DNA of 64,000 nucleotides from Acidobacteriota bacterium. Lineage in GTDB: Bacteria; Acidobacteriota; Vicinamibacteria; Vicinamibacterales; UBA2999. The translations under genes and the position numbers were made by a program. The notes below the pieces were generated by a model. The model had not been told where the DNA came from and did no database searches. It worked only from the letters and a program-made list of their open reading frames with translations. This document shows positions 52,434-62,131 of this stretch, piece after piece (within the stretch, counting starts at the first letter, position 1; each line of letters opens with the position of its first letter). The DNA lies in assembly GCA_947482665.1 (NCBI GenBank), contig CANKJK010000005.1, forward strand, positions 66,674 to 130,673, in the 5' to 3' direction.

Positions 52434-55184
52434 CTACCTGAAGCAGGGCAGACCCAGTGATGGATACGTGCCGGTCGGTGTGCGCCGGCTGTCCGCCAGC
52501 ACCCAGAGGACCCGTCCGGCCAGCTGATCCTGCAGTACCGCGTGGCGGTTGGTGAATCGCTTGTCAACGTACTCGCGGACGAGCGGATATTGATTGAGAT
52601 TGTCCAATGGCTTCTCATTGCCCACCCCGAATACGATCGGGACGGGTTCCCTTTCCATCAGATCGATCATTCGCCGCTGATACGCCTCCGCGGTCATGAA
52701 TCCGTTCTGCCAAAAGATATGCCCAACGCCACGGCGCTCCGTGTAGTAGGGCAGGGCGTAGCTATCGGATGTGACGAAGATTCGGTCCTCAGGGCGCGTG
52801 CACTCGTACAGGTAGCGAATCACCGCGAGGTCTCCGCGCGCGTCCTTCGGTGCGTAGGCGTCGATGGCAGGAGACTTGGCGTGCCGCCTAATCTTGGAAA
52901 CCAGATCGTCCATCGCCCGCGGGAATTCCTGCGACAGACCGTACCGGTCGACGAATGTCGCCATGTCCGTATACGTGGCCGCCGCGATGACCGACACGAA
53001 CGCGAGCCCAACCGCTCCCGTGCGCACGGCGACACGCAGGGCGCCCCCTTTGCCCACGCTCCGCCACGCCAATGCCGCGACCCAGGAGCCGAGTATGACG
53101 GCAACGTCAGCGTGATCCGGGAAGTAGCCCAGCTTCCGCATCAGCCCATGATTGGCCACGACCATGAGTGTCGCCGCGGCGAACATCTTCGCGCCCTCGT
53201 GAGGCATGCCTTCAGGCACGGAAGACCCTTTGAGGTGCCGCGCCGCTAGCACGAGCAGGATGAATACAGGTAGGCCGTAGCACACGTAGTAGAGCCACAC
53301 TCCGGCGTTGTCGTCATGAAACAGTCGCGGCAAGGGCACAACCCGGAGCAACGGATACCGCCGCCATTGAGCGCGGAACCAGGACTCCCCATCTGGGCGC
53401 CACACGCGGTCGTCCACCCCATCGAACTTCGCGATTCCCGCTTCGTTCCATAGCGCCTGTATCCGCTCCGGCCGAGCATCGCGGAGCAGGTAATGGGTCG
53501 TGTTGGCCTCGGACTCCGCGACGGCGGTCAGGTGATAGGTCGCCTCCAGGGTCCGCCGCTTCTCAACAGTCAAAGGACCCAAGGTCGTCCAGAGGACGGA
53601 GAGATGCACCGGTGTCTTCTTGCCCCGCGGCGGGGCCTTGAACATCCCCGGAACACCAGTCGGGACGAATCCAGACGCATCCTTGAACACGGGGTCCGCG
53701 TAGAGTGCGGCGACGTTTGTGTCCGATGTATCCACCAGGTCGTAGCGGAAGGTCGGCTCCGGCCCCACACTGTCGACCCGCGGCTGCCTGAGGCCGTATT
53801 TGCTCTCCAGCAAGGCGCGCCCGGCCGGGTCGTCGTTCCTCCACTGCACGCGGACGTCCGGTCCCTCGGGGATCCGCTCCTCCAAGCCAAGAACAACCGG
53901 CACATGCACGAAGTACGTGCCGTCCACTCGCGCGGAGTCATCTGTCTCGTGAAGCGCTGTGACATTCTGAAGGGTGAGGTCATCGATGTCGTACACGAAC
54001 GGCCCGGTGTGCGCCGTGCCTGCCAGCGCTCGCGGCTTGGAGAGATGGAACCTGCGCTCCGCGTCGGCCACTGCGGCGGCACTCAACGCGGGCTTCCAGG
54101 CAACCGTCACCGTCCCGCGCCCACCAGCGGCATCATCGACCGCGAAACCCTGCCTGAACGAGCCGGTCAGCCCGTCCACCGACACCACATGCCGATCGGA
54201 CATCAGGGCCGTAAGGTTCTCGTTCGAGTAGTCGTCGAGAACGTATTGCATCCAACCGCCAGGGGGAGGCGGTGGCAGGCGCTTCAGCCCGTACCGATCC
54301 TCGATCGACGCCTTTGTCGCATCGCTGGCAACTGGCGTCCATTCGATCTGCACCGCCACGGGCAGTTGCGGCTCGACCTCGAACCAGAAAGGCTTCTCAT
54401 CCCTGAAGGCAAAGGGCACGGCGCGACGCCCCGCTTCGTCGATCTTTGTGGCGAACGCAATCCGTTCAGTGAAATACGAAATGAGGCCTTCGTTTACCTG
54501 AATCAGCACGAAGTATGGCGAAAGGACAAGGACCGTCAGCGCGCCAACGCGCACCAAACCCAGTGCCGTGGCCCGGACACCCTGTGGCCAATGGGCAGCG
54601 AGCGCCGCGGCCGTGATGCCCGCGGCGACGTACGCTCCATGGTCGTGCCTGTAGCCCCAGGCGATGGCTACCCCGACCGCCATCGCCAGAGAGCGCCGCC
54701 AGCCGGGTCGGTCGATGTAGCGCCACCCGAGCCAGATCGCCATCGGATAGATGAAGACCTTGGGATAGCTGTAAAGCTTGGTGGGCGCCAGCAGGAACGC
54801 GGCTACGACGGAAAAGCCGAGCGAGATGAGGACCGACCGGCTCGCACGCATGGCGAGCACGACACTCAGGGCCATGGCGCCGGACATAAGGAGGAACCCC
54901 AGCCCGATCTCGCCAATGGGGCGATAGCCGACGACTGTCTGGGCGAGCGCCGACATCGCCCAGTAGAGCGGGTCACCTGGGTCAACGAACTCCTGAAACG
55001 GCCGGTCCCCTTTGAGGAAGGTTGCTGCGGTCCACAGCGACCAGTGATCGTCTCCGCCAAGCGACCCCAGCGTCACCCACCGGAGAAGCAGCGTAAGGAG
55101 AAACACGAGAACACCGGCGGCGACTCCCCACGACACAAAGGTTGTCTGCCGCGCCGATGCCGCAGGAGGGGGACTAGCACGCAT
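52434..55184 (-). CDS. 916-aa polytopic membrane protein, GT-C-like, with large repeat-containing soluble insertion
   Basis: Track ORF 52434..55277 trimmed to ATG 55184 (TGATG overlap). The N-terminal helix bundle has LGGDDHWSLW in the first loop, an acidic DD motif as in GT-C enzymes. Four tandem soluble repeats span aa about 276-590. A second helix bundle follows, then a soluble C-terminal domain. Confidence 0.65.
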   Translation of the reverse strand: MRASPPPAASARQTTFVSWGVAAGVLVFLLTLLLRWVTLGSLGGDDHWSLWTAATFLKGDRPFQEFVDPGDPLYWAMSALAQTVVGYRPIGEIGLGFLLMSGAMALSVVLAMRASRSVLISLGFSVVAAFLLAPTKLYSYPKVFIYPMAIWLGWRYIDRPGWRRSLAMAVGVAIAWGYRHDHGAYVAAGITAAALAAHWPQGVRATALGLVRVGALTVLVLSPYFVLIQVNEGLISYFTERIAFATKIDEAGRRAVPFAFRDEKPFWFEVEPQLPVAVQIEWTPVASDATKASIEDRYGLKRLPPPPPGGWMQYVLDDYSNENLTALMSDRHVVSVDGLTGSFRQGFAVDDAAGGRGTVTVAWKPALSAAAVADAERRFHLSKPRALAGTAHTGPFVYDIDDLTLQNVTALHETDDSARVDGTYFVHVPVVLGLEERIPEGPDVRVQWRNDDPAGRALLESKYGLRQPRVDSVGPEPTFRYDLVDTSDTNVAALYADPVFKDASGFVPTGVPGMFKAPPRGKKTPVHLSVLWTTLGPLTVEKRRTLEATYHLTAVAESEANTTHYLLRDARPERIQALWNEAGIAKFDGVDDRVWRPDGESWFRAQWRRYPLLRVVPLPRLFHDDNAGVWLYYVCYGLPVFILLVLAARHLKGSSVPEGMPHEGAKMFAAATLMVVANHGLMRKLGYFPDHADVAVILGSWVAALAWRSVGKGGALRVAVRTGAVGLAFVSVIAAATYTDMATFVDRYGLSQEFPRAMDDLVSKIRRHAKSPAIDAYAPKDARGDLAVIRYLYECTRPEDRIFVTSDSYALPYYTERRGVGHIFWQNGFMTAEAYQRRMIDLMEREPVPIVFGVGNEKPLDNLNQYPLVREYVDKRFTNRHAVLQDQLAGRVLWVLADSRRTPTGTYPSLGLPCFR
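53415..54359 (-). repeat. Four tandem protein-level repeats (about 65-80 aa each) inside the 916-aa membrane protein
   Basis: The four repeat units read as follows.
- VQIEWTPVASDATKASIEDRYGLKRL...YVLDDYSNENLTALMSD
- VTVAWKPALSAAAVADAERRFHLSKP...FVYDIDDLTLQNVTALHET
- VRVQWRNDDPAGRALLESKYGLRQP...FRYDLVDTSDTNVAALYAD
- LSVLWTTLGPLTVEKRRTLEATYHLTAV...HYLLRDARPERIQALWNE
Shared pattern: V.V.W, then E..(Y/F).L, then Y.L.D.s..N..AL. Confidence 0.6.
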
Positions 55185-56455
55185 CAGAGGACTCGCGGCG
55201 TCGGCAGAGGCACGATGAACTTCCCGCGATAGCCGGCACGCCTCAGCTTGCCGGCCAGTTCCTCGCCGATGTGCCACGAGAGCAGCAGTGCGTACTCGGG
55301 CTGATCCTCGAAAAGGCGCGTCTCATCCAGCACGGGAATCAGCGTGCCAGGCATGTACTTTCCGATCTTGTAGGACCCGGCAATCTCGAGCACGCAATCG
55401 AGGATCGAGTCGTCGAGACCGACGTAGTTCACCAGAGTGCTCGCGCGGGACGGCGCACCCACCCCGTAGACCCGCGCACCCGTGGCTCGCACCTCCTTCA
55501 GCAGCGCCAGCAGGTCGAGCTTGGACTGCGACACGCGCCGCTTGAAGTCCCGCAGCCGCTCCGGCGCCAGCGCCACCGCTTCCTCGGCGAGCATACGCGC
55601 CACGTCCGCCGACACCGGGTGCGTGCCCGTGCGCGCCGCGTAGACCCGGATGGAGCCTCCGTGCGTGGGGATCGGCCGCGCGTGAATCACCTCGAGTCCG
55701 TGCATGGCCAGCAGGTTGGACAGGCTCCGCAGAGAGTAGTAGCGGAGGTGCTCGTGATAAATGGTGTCGTACTGGAGGGTCTCGACCAGTGGCGCAAGGT
55801 AGTGCGACTCGGAGATGAAGACGCCGTCCGGCCCAAGCAGGGAGAGAATGCCGCGCACGACATCGTGCACGTCCTCCATGTGCGCGAACACGTTGCACGC
55901 CGTCACGATCCGGGCCTGCCCGTGGCGCTCGCGGACCACGCCCGCCGTCTCCGCGGAGAAGAAGGCATTCACCGTCGTGATGCCGGCGGCCTGAGCGATC
56001 CGGCATGCGTTGGTCGGCTCGATGCCGCACACGCGGTGGCCGTGCCGGTGGAAGTTGCCGAGGAGCGTCCCGTCATTCGAGCCGACGTCGACGACCAGAT
56101 CGTCGGCGGCGAGCGGATACCGCTCCATCACCTCGTCATAGAGCTGGGCAAAGTTGTCCCGGAGGATCCGCGTCGTCCCGCTCGTGTAGGCATAGTGCGG
56201 AGGAAAGATCACGGCGGGATCCACGATCAGGCCTAATTGCACCAGCTCGCACGACGGGCACCGGAGCAACTCCGCGGGATACGCGGGCTGTTCGTTCGGA
56301 CGGCTTCCGATCGGGCTCATGGTGTTCACCGGCGGCAGATACCCGATGAACAACACGGGTTGCAGATCACGGCTACCGCACACCTGGCACCGATCCACGA
56401 GCACGCTGCCGCCGGTACCGGCGGTGCGGGAGAGGGGGTAGGCTGGCGTCGTCAC
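55184..56455 (-). CDS. NDP-hexose C-methyltransferase (TylC3-like: zinc ribbon + SAM domain + C-terminal C-methyltransferase domain)
   Basis: 423 aa with CQVCGSRDL...CPSCELVQ, motif I VVDVGSNDGTLL, and ISESHYLAPLVETLQYDTIYHEHLRYYS, which is typical of this family. Confidence 0.8.
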   Translation of the reverse strand: MTTPAYPLSRTAGTGGSVLVDRCQVCGSRDLQPVLFIGYLPPVNTMSPIGSRPNEQPAYPAELLRCPSCELVQLGLIVDPAVIFPPHYAYTSGTTRILRDNFAQLYDEVMERYPLAADDLVVDVGSNDGTLLGNFHRHGHRVCGIEPTNACRIAQAAGITTVNAFFSAETAGVVRERHGQARIVTACNVFAHMEDVHDVVRGILSLLGPDGVFISESHYLAPLVETLQYDTIYHEHLRYYSLRSLSNLLAMHGLEVIHARPIPTHGGSIRVYAARTGTHPVSADVARMLAEEAVALAPERLRDFKRRVSQSKLDLLALLKEVRATGARVYGVGAPSRASTLVNYVGLDDSILDCVLEIAGSYKIGKYMPGTLIPVLDETRLFEDQPEYALLLSWHIGEELAGKLRRAGYRGKFIVPLPTPRVL

Positions 56456-56468
56456 GGGATATCTCCTG

Positions 56469-57446
56469 TCAGGCCTGTTGCGCGTTGAGGTACCACGTCA
56501 CCGTGGACCGAATCCCTTCAGAAAGGGGTGTGTGCGGTGTGAAACCCAGCGCCCGAAGCATCGTGATATCCGGGCTACGCCGAGCCGTGCTACCCGCCTG
56601 AAGCGGACCTGGCTGGATCGCGATTGACCGCCGAAGAGCCTGAGCGACCAGTTGCGCGACCTCGGCGATAGGTACTTCGTCGTCAGTACCGATGTTGTAG
56701 ATCTGCTGGTGCCGACCTTGTTCCAGCACACGCACGAAGCCATCCGTAAAGTCATCGATGTGAATGAATGCCCGCGTCTCCTCACCAGTTCCCTGAATCG
56801 GAAACGGAAGGATGCCCGACGGCGTGGCCTTATCCGCACGGATCAACCGTTCCGCAAACTGCGGAATGACGTGCTCATGCCCCATGTCCGGCCCATACAC
56901 GTTATGGGGCCTGACAATCAGGACGCGACTAAGTCTCGAGTGTCCATAGTGATAAGCGAGAAGCTCGCTGATGATCTTTCCGCCCCCGTAGGAGAACCGG
57001 GGATTGGTGAGGTCCGGCACAACAAGTGGCACGGACTCCGGTGTCGGCACGACCGACGCTCGCTGGTACACCTCAGAGCTCGACGCCAGAAGCAGCTCGC
57101 CCACGCCGTGCGCCAGGCAGGCGTCCAGGACATTGATCATGCCCTTCACGGCAACTTCCAGAATCACGTCTGGCCGCTGGTAGAAAAACTCCGTGCCATT
57201 GACATAAGCGAGATGACAGACGGAGTCCATGCCGGCCACCGCGGTCTGCACGGCTGGGGCGTCCCGGATGTCCGCCTCACGGAACTCCACCTCGGGAAGG
57301 TCCGCCAGACGGCGGGCGTGGCCGCGCGATTGATCGTCGAGCACACGAACGCGTGCACCTCGCGCCAGAAGCCCGCGGACCACCGCGCTGCCGATGAACC
57401 CGGCGCCCCCCGTGACAAGAATGCGCCGGCCTGCTACAGGAATCAC
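56469..57446 (-). CDS. NAD-dependent NDP-sugar epimerase/dehydratase/reductase (extended SDR)
   Basis: Track ORF 56469..57617 trimmed to GTG 57446 (GTGA overlap). Motifs RILVTGGAGFIGSAVV, SSSEVYQ and YGGGKIISE. Confidence 0.88.
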   Translation of the reverse strand: MIPVAGRRILVTGGAGFIGSAVVRGLLARGARVRVLDDQSRGHARRLADLPEVEFREADIRDAPAVQTAVAGMDSVCHLAYVNGTEFFYQRPDVILEVAVKGMINVLDACLAHGVGELLLASSSEVYQRASVVPTPESVPLVVPDLTNPRFSYGGGKIISELLAYHYGHSRLSRVLIVRPHNVYGPDMGHEHVIPQFAERLIRADKATPSGILPFPIQGTGEETRAFIHIDDFTDGFVRVLEQGRHQQIYNIGTDDEVPIAEVAQLVAQALRRSIAIQPGPLQAGSTARRSPDITMLRALGFTPHTPLSEGIRSTVTWYLNAQQA

Positions 57447-58186
57447 AGTTCGCTCTCTCCTCGAAGCCCTACCGACCGGGGCCCACGGCCAAGCACGCGT
57501 GTCGCCAACCCATAGCGGACCCACACGAGATACGCCGGCAGCCATGCCAGCACGCGGAAGCGGCTGTTGCCGGTTCGCCGCTCGCGCCAGAGGAACGGCG
57601 TCTCCGCAATCGGCCACCCCAGTCTGTGCACCTTGACGAGCAGCTCAATGCTGTAGGCAAATCCCTCACGCGACTCGATCGGCACGCGGTCGATCACGCG
57701 ACGACTGAAGAGTCGCAGCCCGTTGGTCGCATCGTGCGTCGGCACGCCGACGACATGACACATAAACCACGCGGCGGTCCGGACCAACAGGGCCTTCAGC
57801 CACGGGCACCCTTCCATCGTCCCTCCAGGCATGAAGCGGGAGGCAGACACGAGGTCGTGTCCCTGGTGACCAAGTTGCACCAGGGTATTCACCCGGGGAC
57901 CGTTGTAGTCATCGTCGGCGGGGTAGGTGACCACGAACGGCGCGTCTGAGACGGCAAGCCCTGCAGCGATGGCACCAAACGCACCTCGGCCAGGGTTTTT
58001 CACGAGTGCCACGTCCAGCGGCGACGCGTCGTAGTCTCTCAGGGCCTCGAGTGTATTGTCCGTGTCCTGGTCGTAGCAGATCAGTACGCGCGTTGGGTGG
58101 GCGATCTCTTTCAGCGAGTTTAGAACTTGGCGGATGGTCGCGCCCTCGTTGAAAACGGGAATGACAATATCCACCTCAGCGGGCAC
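57443..58186 (-). CDS. GT2 polyprenyl-phosphate glycosyltransferase (DPM1-like)
   Basis: Track ORF 57443..58243 trimmed to GTG 58186, which has GGAGGAG (58196..58202) 9 nt upstream. Motifs VDIVIPVFNEGATI, YDQDTDNT and TYPADDDY, plus a C-terminal hydrophobic helix. Confidence 0.8.
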   Translation of the reverse strand: MPAEVDIVIPVFNEGATIRQVLNSLKEIAHPTRVLICYDQDTDNTLEALRDYDASPLDVALVKNPGRGAFGAIAAGLAVSDAPFVVTYPADDDYNGPRVNTLVQLGHQGHDLVSASRFMPGGTMEGCPWLKALLVRTAAWFMCHVVGVPTHDATNGLRLFSRRVIDRVPIESREGFAYSIELLVKVHRLGWPIAETPFLWRERRTGNSRFRVLAWLPAYLVWVRYGLATRVLGRGPRSVGLRGESEL

Positions 58187-59177
58187 GGGTCGGTTCTCCT
58201 CCGGCGGCGTCTGCGGCAGCAACCCATGCCTGGGCCCGCACACCGTCCCCGAGCCCAGGTGTCACGTGTCCCCCGCCCAGGATGGCGTCACAGAACCGCC
58301 TGGCGATCTTTGCCGTGACGGCAATTCGTCCGTCCTCAATCGCCGCTGGAGGCGCCGCCACGAGGGTCTCCCAGTCGGAGCGCCCACGCGTCGCCAACCG
58401 CAACTCGAAGCCGGAGACGTAGTCAGCGCCTGGATTCGCCAATACCAACGTTCCGTCCTCTCCGAAGATCTCGACCACGTGGCCCTGACCGCGGAACGCG
58501 TCCGCCCAGATCGAGAGGCGTCCAGGCACGCCCGACACGAGGTCCACGGCCGCATCCACGGTCAGGGCCGAACGGAGGTCACACCCGGAAAGACACCGAA
58601 TCGGACCGCAGAGCCACTCGATGTTGTGGAAAGCGTGCGGGCCGAAGTTGCCGAGCGCTCCCCCGCCTGCGTCCGGACGTGCCTTCCAGGAACCATCGAC
58701 AACGCGGGCTGCCCGCGTTTCCACGTGCCAGCGATACGAAATACGCCGAAGACGCCCAAGAGCGCCGGAGTCGACAACCCGCTTCGCGCCAATCCAGGCG
58801 GACGACTCAGGAAAGCCGAAGTTGATCGCGTTCACCACCCCGGCACGCGTGACTTCCTCGAGCATCGCCTCGGCCTCGGCGAGGCTGGCTGCCGCCGGCT
58901 TCTCGCAGAACACATGCACGCCAGCCCGCGCCGCGGCACTCACCACCTCGGGTTGCAGAGCCGGAGGCACGGCGACGGCGACGGCCTGGACACGCCCGCT
59001 GGCGATGAGGTCACGCCAGTCGTGAAACGCGGACAACCCCTCGGCGTCGGCCATCGCCGCCGTCCGCTCTCGGGACGCCCCCGCAACGGCTTCGACCGCG
59101 ACTCCCGCGAGCGAACGAAAGGCCGGCAGGTGCACACTCCCCGCAAACCTCGTCCCGATTAGACCGACGCGCAGCAC
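58176..59177 (-). CDS. Gfo/Idh/MocA-family oxidoreductase (second copy)
   Basis: 333 aa with LRVGLIGTRFAGSVHLPAF and HVFCEKPAA. The GTG start shares 1 nt with the upstream TAG (TAGTG). Confidence 0.85.
   Translation of the reverse strand: MLRVGLIGTRFAGSVHLPAFRSLAGVAVEAVAGASRERTAAMADAEGLSAFHDWRDLIASGRVQAVAVAVPPALQPEVVSAAARAGVHVFCEKPAAASLAEAEAMLEEVTRAGVVNAINFGFPESSAWIGAKRVVDSGALGRLRRISYRWHVETRAARVVDGSWKARPDAGGGALGNFGPHAFHNIEWLCGPIRCLSGCDLRSALTVDAAVDLVSGVPGRLSIWADAFRGQGHVVEIFGEDGTLVLANPGADYVSGFELRLATRGRSDWETLVAAPPAAIEDGRIAVTAKIARRFCDAILGGGHVTPGLGDGVRAQAWVAAADAAGGEPTRAR
58196..58202 (-). promoter_or_regulatory. Shine-Dalgarno (GGAGGAG) for the DPM1-like GT2
   Basis: The reverse complement of ctcctcc at 58196..58202, 9 nt upstream of GTG 58186 and inside the 3-prime end of the upstream gene. 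Confidence 0.55.
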
Positions 59178-60391
59178 TACCCTGCGTGACCGCGATGCAC
59201 CACGCCCCAGATGTCCGCGACGGGAACCGTGCCGGTATCGAGGTGGGCGTACTCCGCATGGGGCGTCGCCACGACCAGCAGGTCGCTGAGCGCGACGACC
59301 TCCTGCAGGGGCCGCAGTTCGGCATCACCGACCACATGTGGGTCCGTCGTCAGCACCGCCCGGGCATGCAGGCGCAGCTGTTTCTTGAGCCGATAGCTCA
59401 ACGACGAGCGCACGTCGTCCGTCCCGGCCTTGAATGCCATGCCCAGGATACCGACGGTCATCGTGCTGAGGGGATACCGCCGGCGGAGGTCCTCGACGAC
59501 AAACGCCGGCAGGCCTTCGTTCACCTGCATCGCCGCGTGGCCGAGGCCGAACTGCTGGCCTGAGGAGGCGGCCAGTTGCAGTGTGTCCTTGAGTAAGCAG
59601 GGGCCAGCCGTGAAGCCCGCGCCGGGAAATCCGCTCATACGCGGATAGTCCTCCTTCATGCCCGCCACGATGCGGTCGTAGTCGCAGCCAGCCTGCTGCG
59701 CCATCATGAAGAACGCGTTGCTTGCCGCGAATTGGATGTAGCGATAGGCATTGCAGAACAGCTTGGCGAATTCCGCCTCAGCCGGCTGCATGTACACCAG
59801 ACTCGGAGTGACGCGCGCGAAGATCTCAGTGGCCCGTGCAACGGCCAGTTCCGAGGTCCCACTCACAATCTGCGGCATCCGCTGGCTCTCATCGATCGCC
59901 CGGCCCTGGACCACCCGTTCCGGGCAGAACGCCACAGGCAGATTCATACCTTGAGCGTCGAGAAACGCCTGCAGGCGCGCCGTGGTCCCTGGCGCGACGG
60001 TCGAGCGAAGCACGAGCAGAGAGGCGTGCGCCAGCGACGGCAGCAGCGCCCGGACGCAGTCGGTCACAGCCTCCCACCGCGGATTCTGGAACTCGTCAAC
60101 GGGCGTGCCGATCGTGAGCAGCACCGTCGAGGCCCGTGCCACATCCGCCGGATCGCTCGATCCGAACAGATGGCCGGACGCCAGCGCCGCCACCAGGTGG
60201 GCATCGCCCTCGTGCTCGATGAAGGGAAAGCGGCCAGCCAGAATCGACGCGATGGCCTGCGCGTTGGTGTCATAGATGAGCGTGGAGAGGCCCTTGCTCG
60301 CGAGTACCGTGGCCATCGGCGCGCCGACGTGTCCAGCGCCGCCGACGACACAGATATCCACATGGCTGGGGAGAGTCCGGGGGTTCGTCAC
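59177..60391 (-). CDS. UDP-glucose/GDP-mannose dehydrogenase-family nucleotide-sugar 6-dehydrogenase
   Basis: Track ORF 59177..60886 trimmed to GTG 60391 (GTGA overlap), giving 404 aa. Motifs [38 protein letters not shown] (catalytic Cys block) and [14 protein letters not shown]. Confidence 0.85.
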   Translation of the reverse strand: MTNPRTLPSHVDICVVGGAGHVGAPMATVLASKGLSTLIYDTNAQAIASILAGRFPFIEHEGDAHLVAALASGHLFGSSDPADVARASTVLLTIGTPVDEFQNPRWEAVTDCVRALLPSLAHASLLVLRSTVAPGTTARLQAFLDAQGMNLPVAFCPERVVQGRAIDESQRMPQIVSGTSELAVARATEIFARVTPSLVYMQPAEAEFAKLFCNAYRYIQFAASNAFFMMAQQAGCDYDRIVAGMKEDYPRMSGFPGAGFTAGPCLLKDTLQLAASSGQQFGLGHAAMQVNEGLPAFVVEDLRRRYPLSTMTVGILGMAFKAGTDDVRSSLSYRLKKQLRLHARAVLTTDPHVVGDAELRPLQEVVALSDLLVVATPHAEYAHLDTGTVPVADIWGVVHRGHAG

Positions 60392-60960
60392 AGTCCGAGA
60401 TCCTTCCAATCGGCGCGGACCATCGCAGCCGCGACAATGGCCCAGTGAAGCTGATGCCGAAATTCCAGCGTCCGCATCATGCGGAGCAGTTCGGCCGTCG
60501 TGACAAGACGGATCTCGAGACCCGTCTCTGCCGTGTAGAGCGCGGAGGCGCGGGTACGGATGAAGAACGCGTGCGATTCGACCTGGAGACGGCCGGTGTC
60601 CGGGATGAAGGTGCCGAGGTCCGTCACGGTGTCGGCCTCCAGCCCTGTTTCCTCCGCGAGTTCGCGAATCGCGGCCGCCTCTGGCGTCTCGCCCCGGTCC
60701 ACCGTGCCTGCCGGAAATTCCCAGGTCCAGCCTTCGACCGCCGGCCGATACTGCCGCACGATCGGGATGCGTCCGTCTGGCGTCACGGCGAGCACTCCGA
60801 CGTACGGGGCCTGCGTCAGGCAGTGATACGTCTGAGGCGCACCACGCTCTGCGAACTGGACGTCTTTCTCCACCAGTGTGACCCACGGCGACGAAAAGAC
60901 GTCTGTCTTCCGGATGATTCGCGGGAAAGCGCGTCCTCCGCCGGACTCCTGCTCAGCCAT
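60388..60960 (-). CDS. NUDIX hydrolase
   Basis: Track ORF 60388..61065 trimmed to ATG 60960 (8-nt overlap with the C5 stop). Nudix box [23 protein letters not shown]. Confidence 0.85.
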   Translation of the reverse strand: MAEQESGGGRAFPRIIRKTDVFSSPWVTLVEKDVQFAERGAPQTYHCLTQAPYVGVLAVTPDGRIPIVRQYRPAVEGWTWEFPAGTVDRGETPEAAAIRELAEETGLEADTVTDLGTFIPDTGRLQVESHAFFIRTRASALYTAETGLEIRLVTTAELLRMMRTLEFRHQLHWAIVAAAMVRADWKDLGL

Positions 60961-62128
60961 GTGCCGCACCTCCCAGTGACGCCGCCGCGAACGCCGCGCC
61001 GAAGAAACCATCGCCGGGATAGAACGGCGCGCCCTTCTGCTTCCGGCGTCCCCAATCGCCGTCAAGGAAGTCCACGATCGCCTGCCTGCCGCGCTGTTGA
61101 TCCGCCGAAGGAGAGCCGGCCCGCCCTTCGACGATCTCGGCCATTTCCTCGACCGCGGCCAGAATCTCGCCCGGCGTGTTGTCCTCGAAGTGAAATCGCC
61201 CCGGCGCCCAGCGGAATTTCATGTGACCGGGTGTGAGCATCTCGCCAAGCGAGAGGCGCCGGCCTGTGCCGGTATCCGTAACGTGCTTCAGAATCATGCG
61301 GTCATGCGACCTGAGCGGATACGCCCCCAGCAGGTGTGTGATGTTAACGCCGAGCGAGGGCACCCCGGTCAGCACGCTGAGATTGAACGGGCCACTGTCG
61401 CTCGCGACCAGGAATGCGCTCCGGAGCACGCACCACAACTCAAGGGCCAGCGTACGTCCGGGCGTCGTCGCCAAGTCAACGAGTCCAGGACGGGCCACTG
61501 GCGTCATCGTCGGATCGCCGATCCGGACGACGCGATAGCCGCGCGCGACAAGCCAATCCACCGCGTCACGGTAGGTACCGATCCGGGCATTGCGCGCCGT
61601 GTCCTTGTCCCGGTCCTGCACGCCGCGCGCGGCCGCGTGCCCGGCCTCGCGGACATGGAGCGTGACGATTCTCGCGTCCAGAAGACCAAGCCGTTCGGCC
61701 ACGGGTGCGACCGCCTCTGCCTCACGGGACGACAGTCGCACCGGCAGACCCGACGCCGCCGCCAGATGGCGGAAGTCCAGACCGAAGTACCCGCGGTCGC
61801 TGTCACTCCCCCTGCCCTGCGGGCCGAGTTCCGCCAGCGTTCCCACGACACGCGGCCAGGGCCATCCCAGACGTGACAGGCGCGCCATGCCGCGCGCCGC
61901 CCTGGCCATCACCGCACCCGCGTCCACTCGCCGGACACCGTCGCACTCCAACGTGGTGAGCGCGGCGAGACGCTCCGGTGCCAGCGGTGCGACGCAGAGC
62001 GCCGCCTCCAGCTCGCGCGCCAGGCGAAAGGACCAGGCCATGTTCAGGATGGCGTTGCCGTAGGCGTGCGTATCCGGGCGTGTGACCAGCATGCGCCGCG
62101 ATCCGGCGGTCAGCAGCGCGTACTGCAC
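60953..62128 (-). CDS. FamC paralog C5 (detached from the C1-C4 block)
   Basis: 391 aa with [49 protein letters not shown] and [29 protein letters not shown]. Confidence 0.65.
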   Translation of the reverse strand: MQYALLTAGSRRMLVTRPDTHAYGNAILNMAWSFRLARELEAALCVAPLAPERLAALTTLECDGVRRVDAGAVMARAARGMARLSRLGWPWPRVVGTLAELGPQGRGSDSDRGYFGLDFRHLAAASGLPVRLSSREAEAVAPVAERLGLLDARIVTLHVREAGHAAARGVQDRDKDTARNARIGTYRDAVDWLVARGYRVVRIGDPTMTPVARPGLVDLATTPGRTLALELWCVLRSAFLVASDSGPFNLSVLTGVPSLGVNITHLLGAYPLRSHDRMILKHVTDTGTGRRLSLGEMLTPGHMKFRWAPGRFHFEDNTPGEILAAVEEMAEIVEGRAGSPSADQQRGRQAIVDFLDGDWGRRKQKGAPFYPGDGFFGAAFAAASLGGAAHG

Positions 62129-62131
62129 GTG

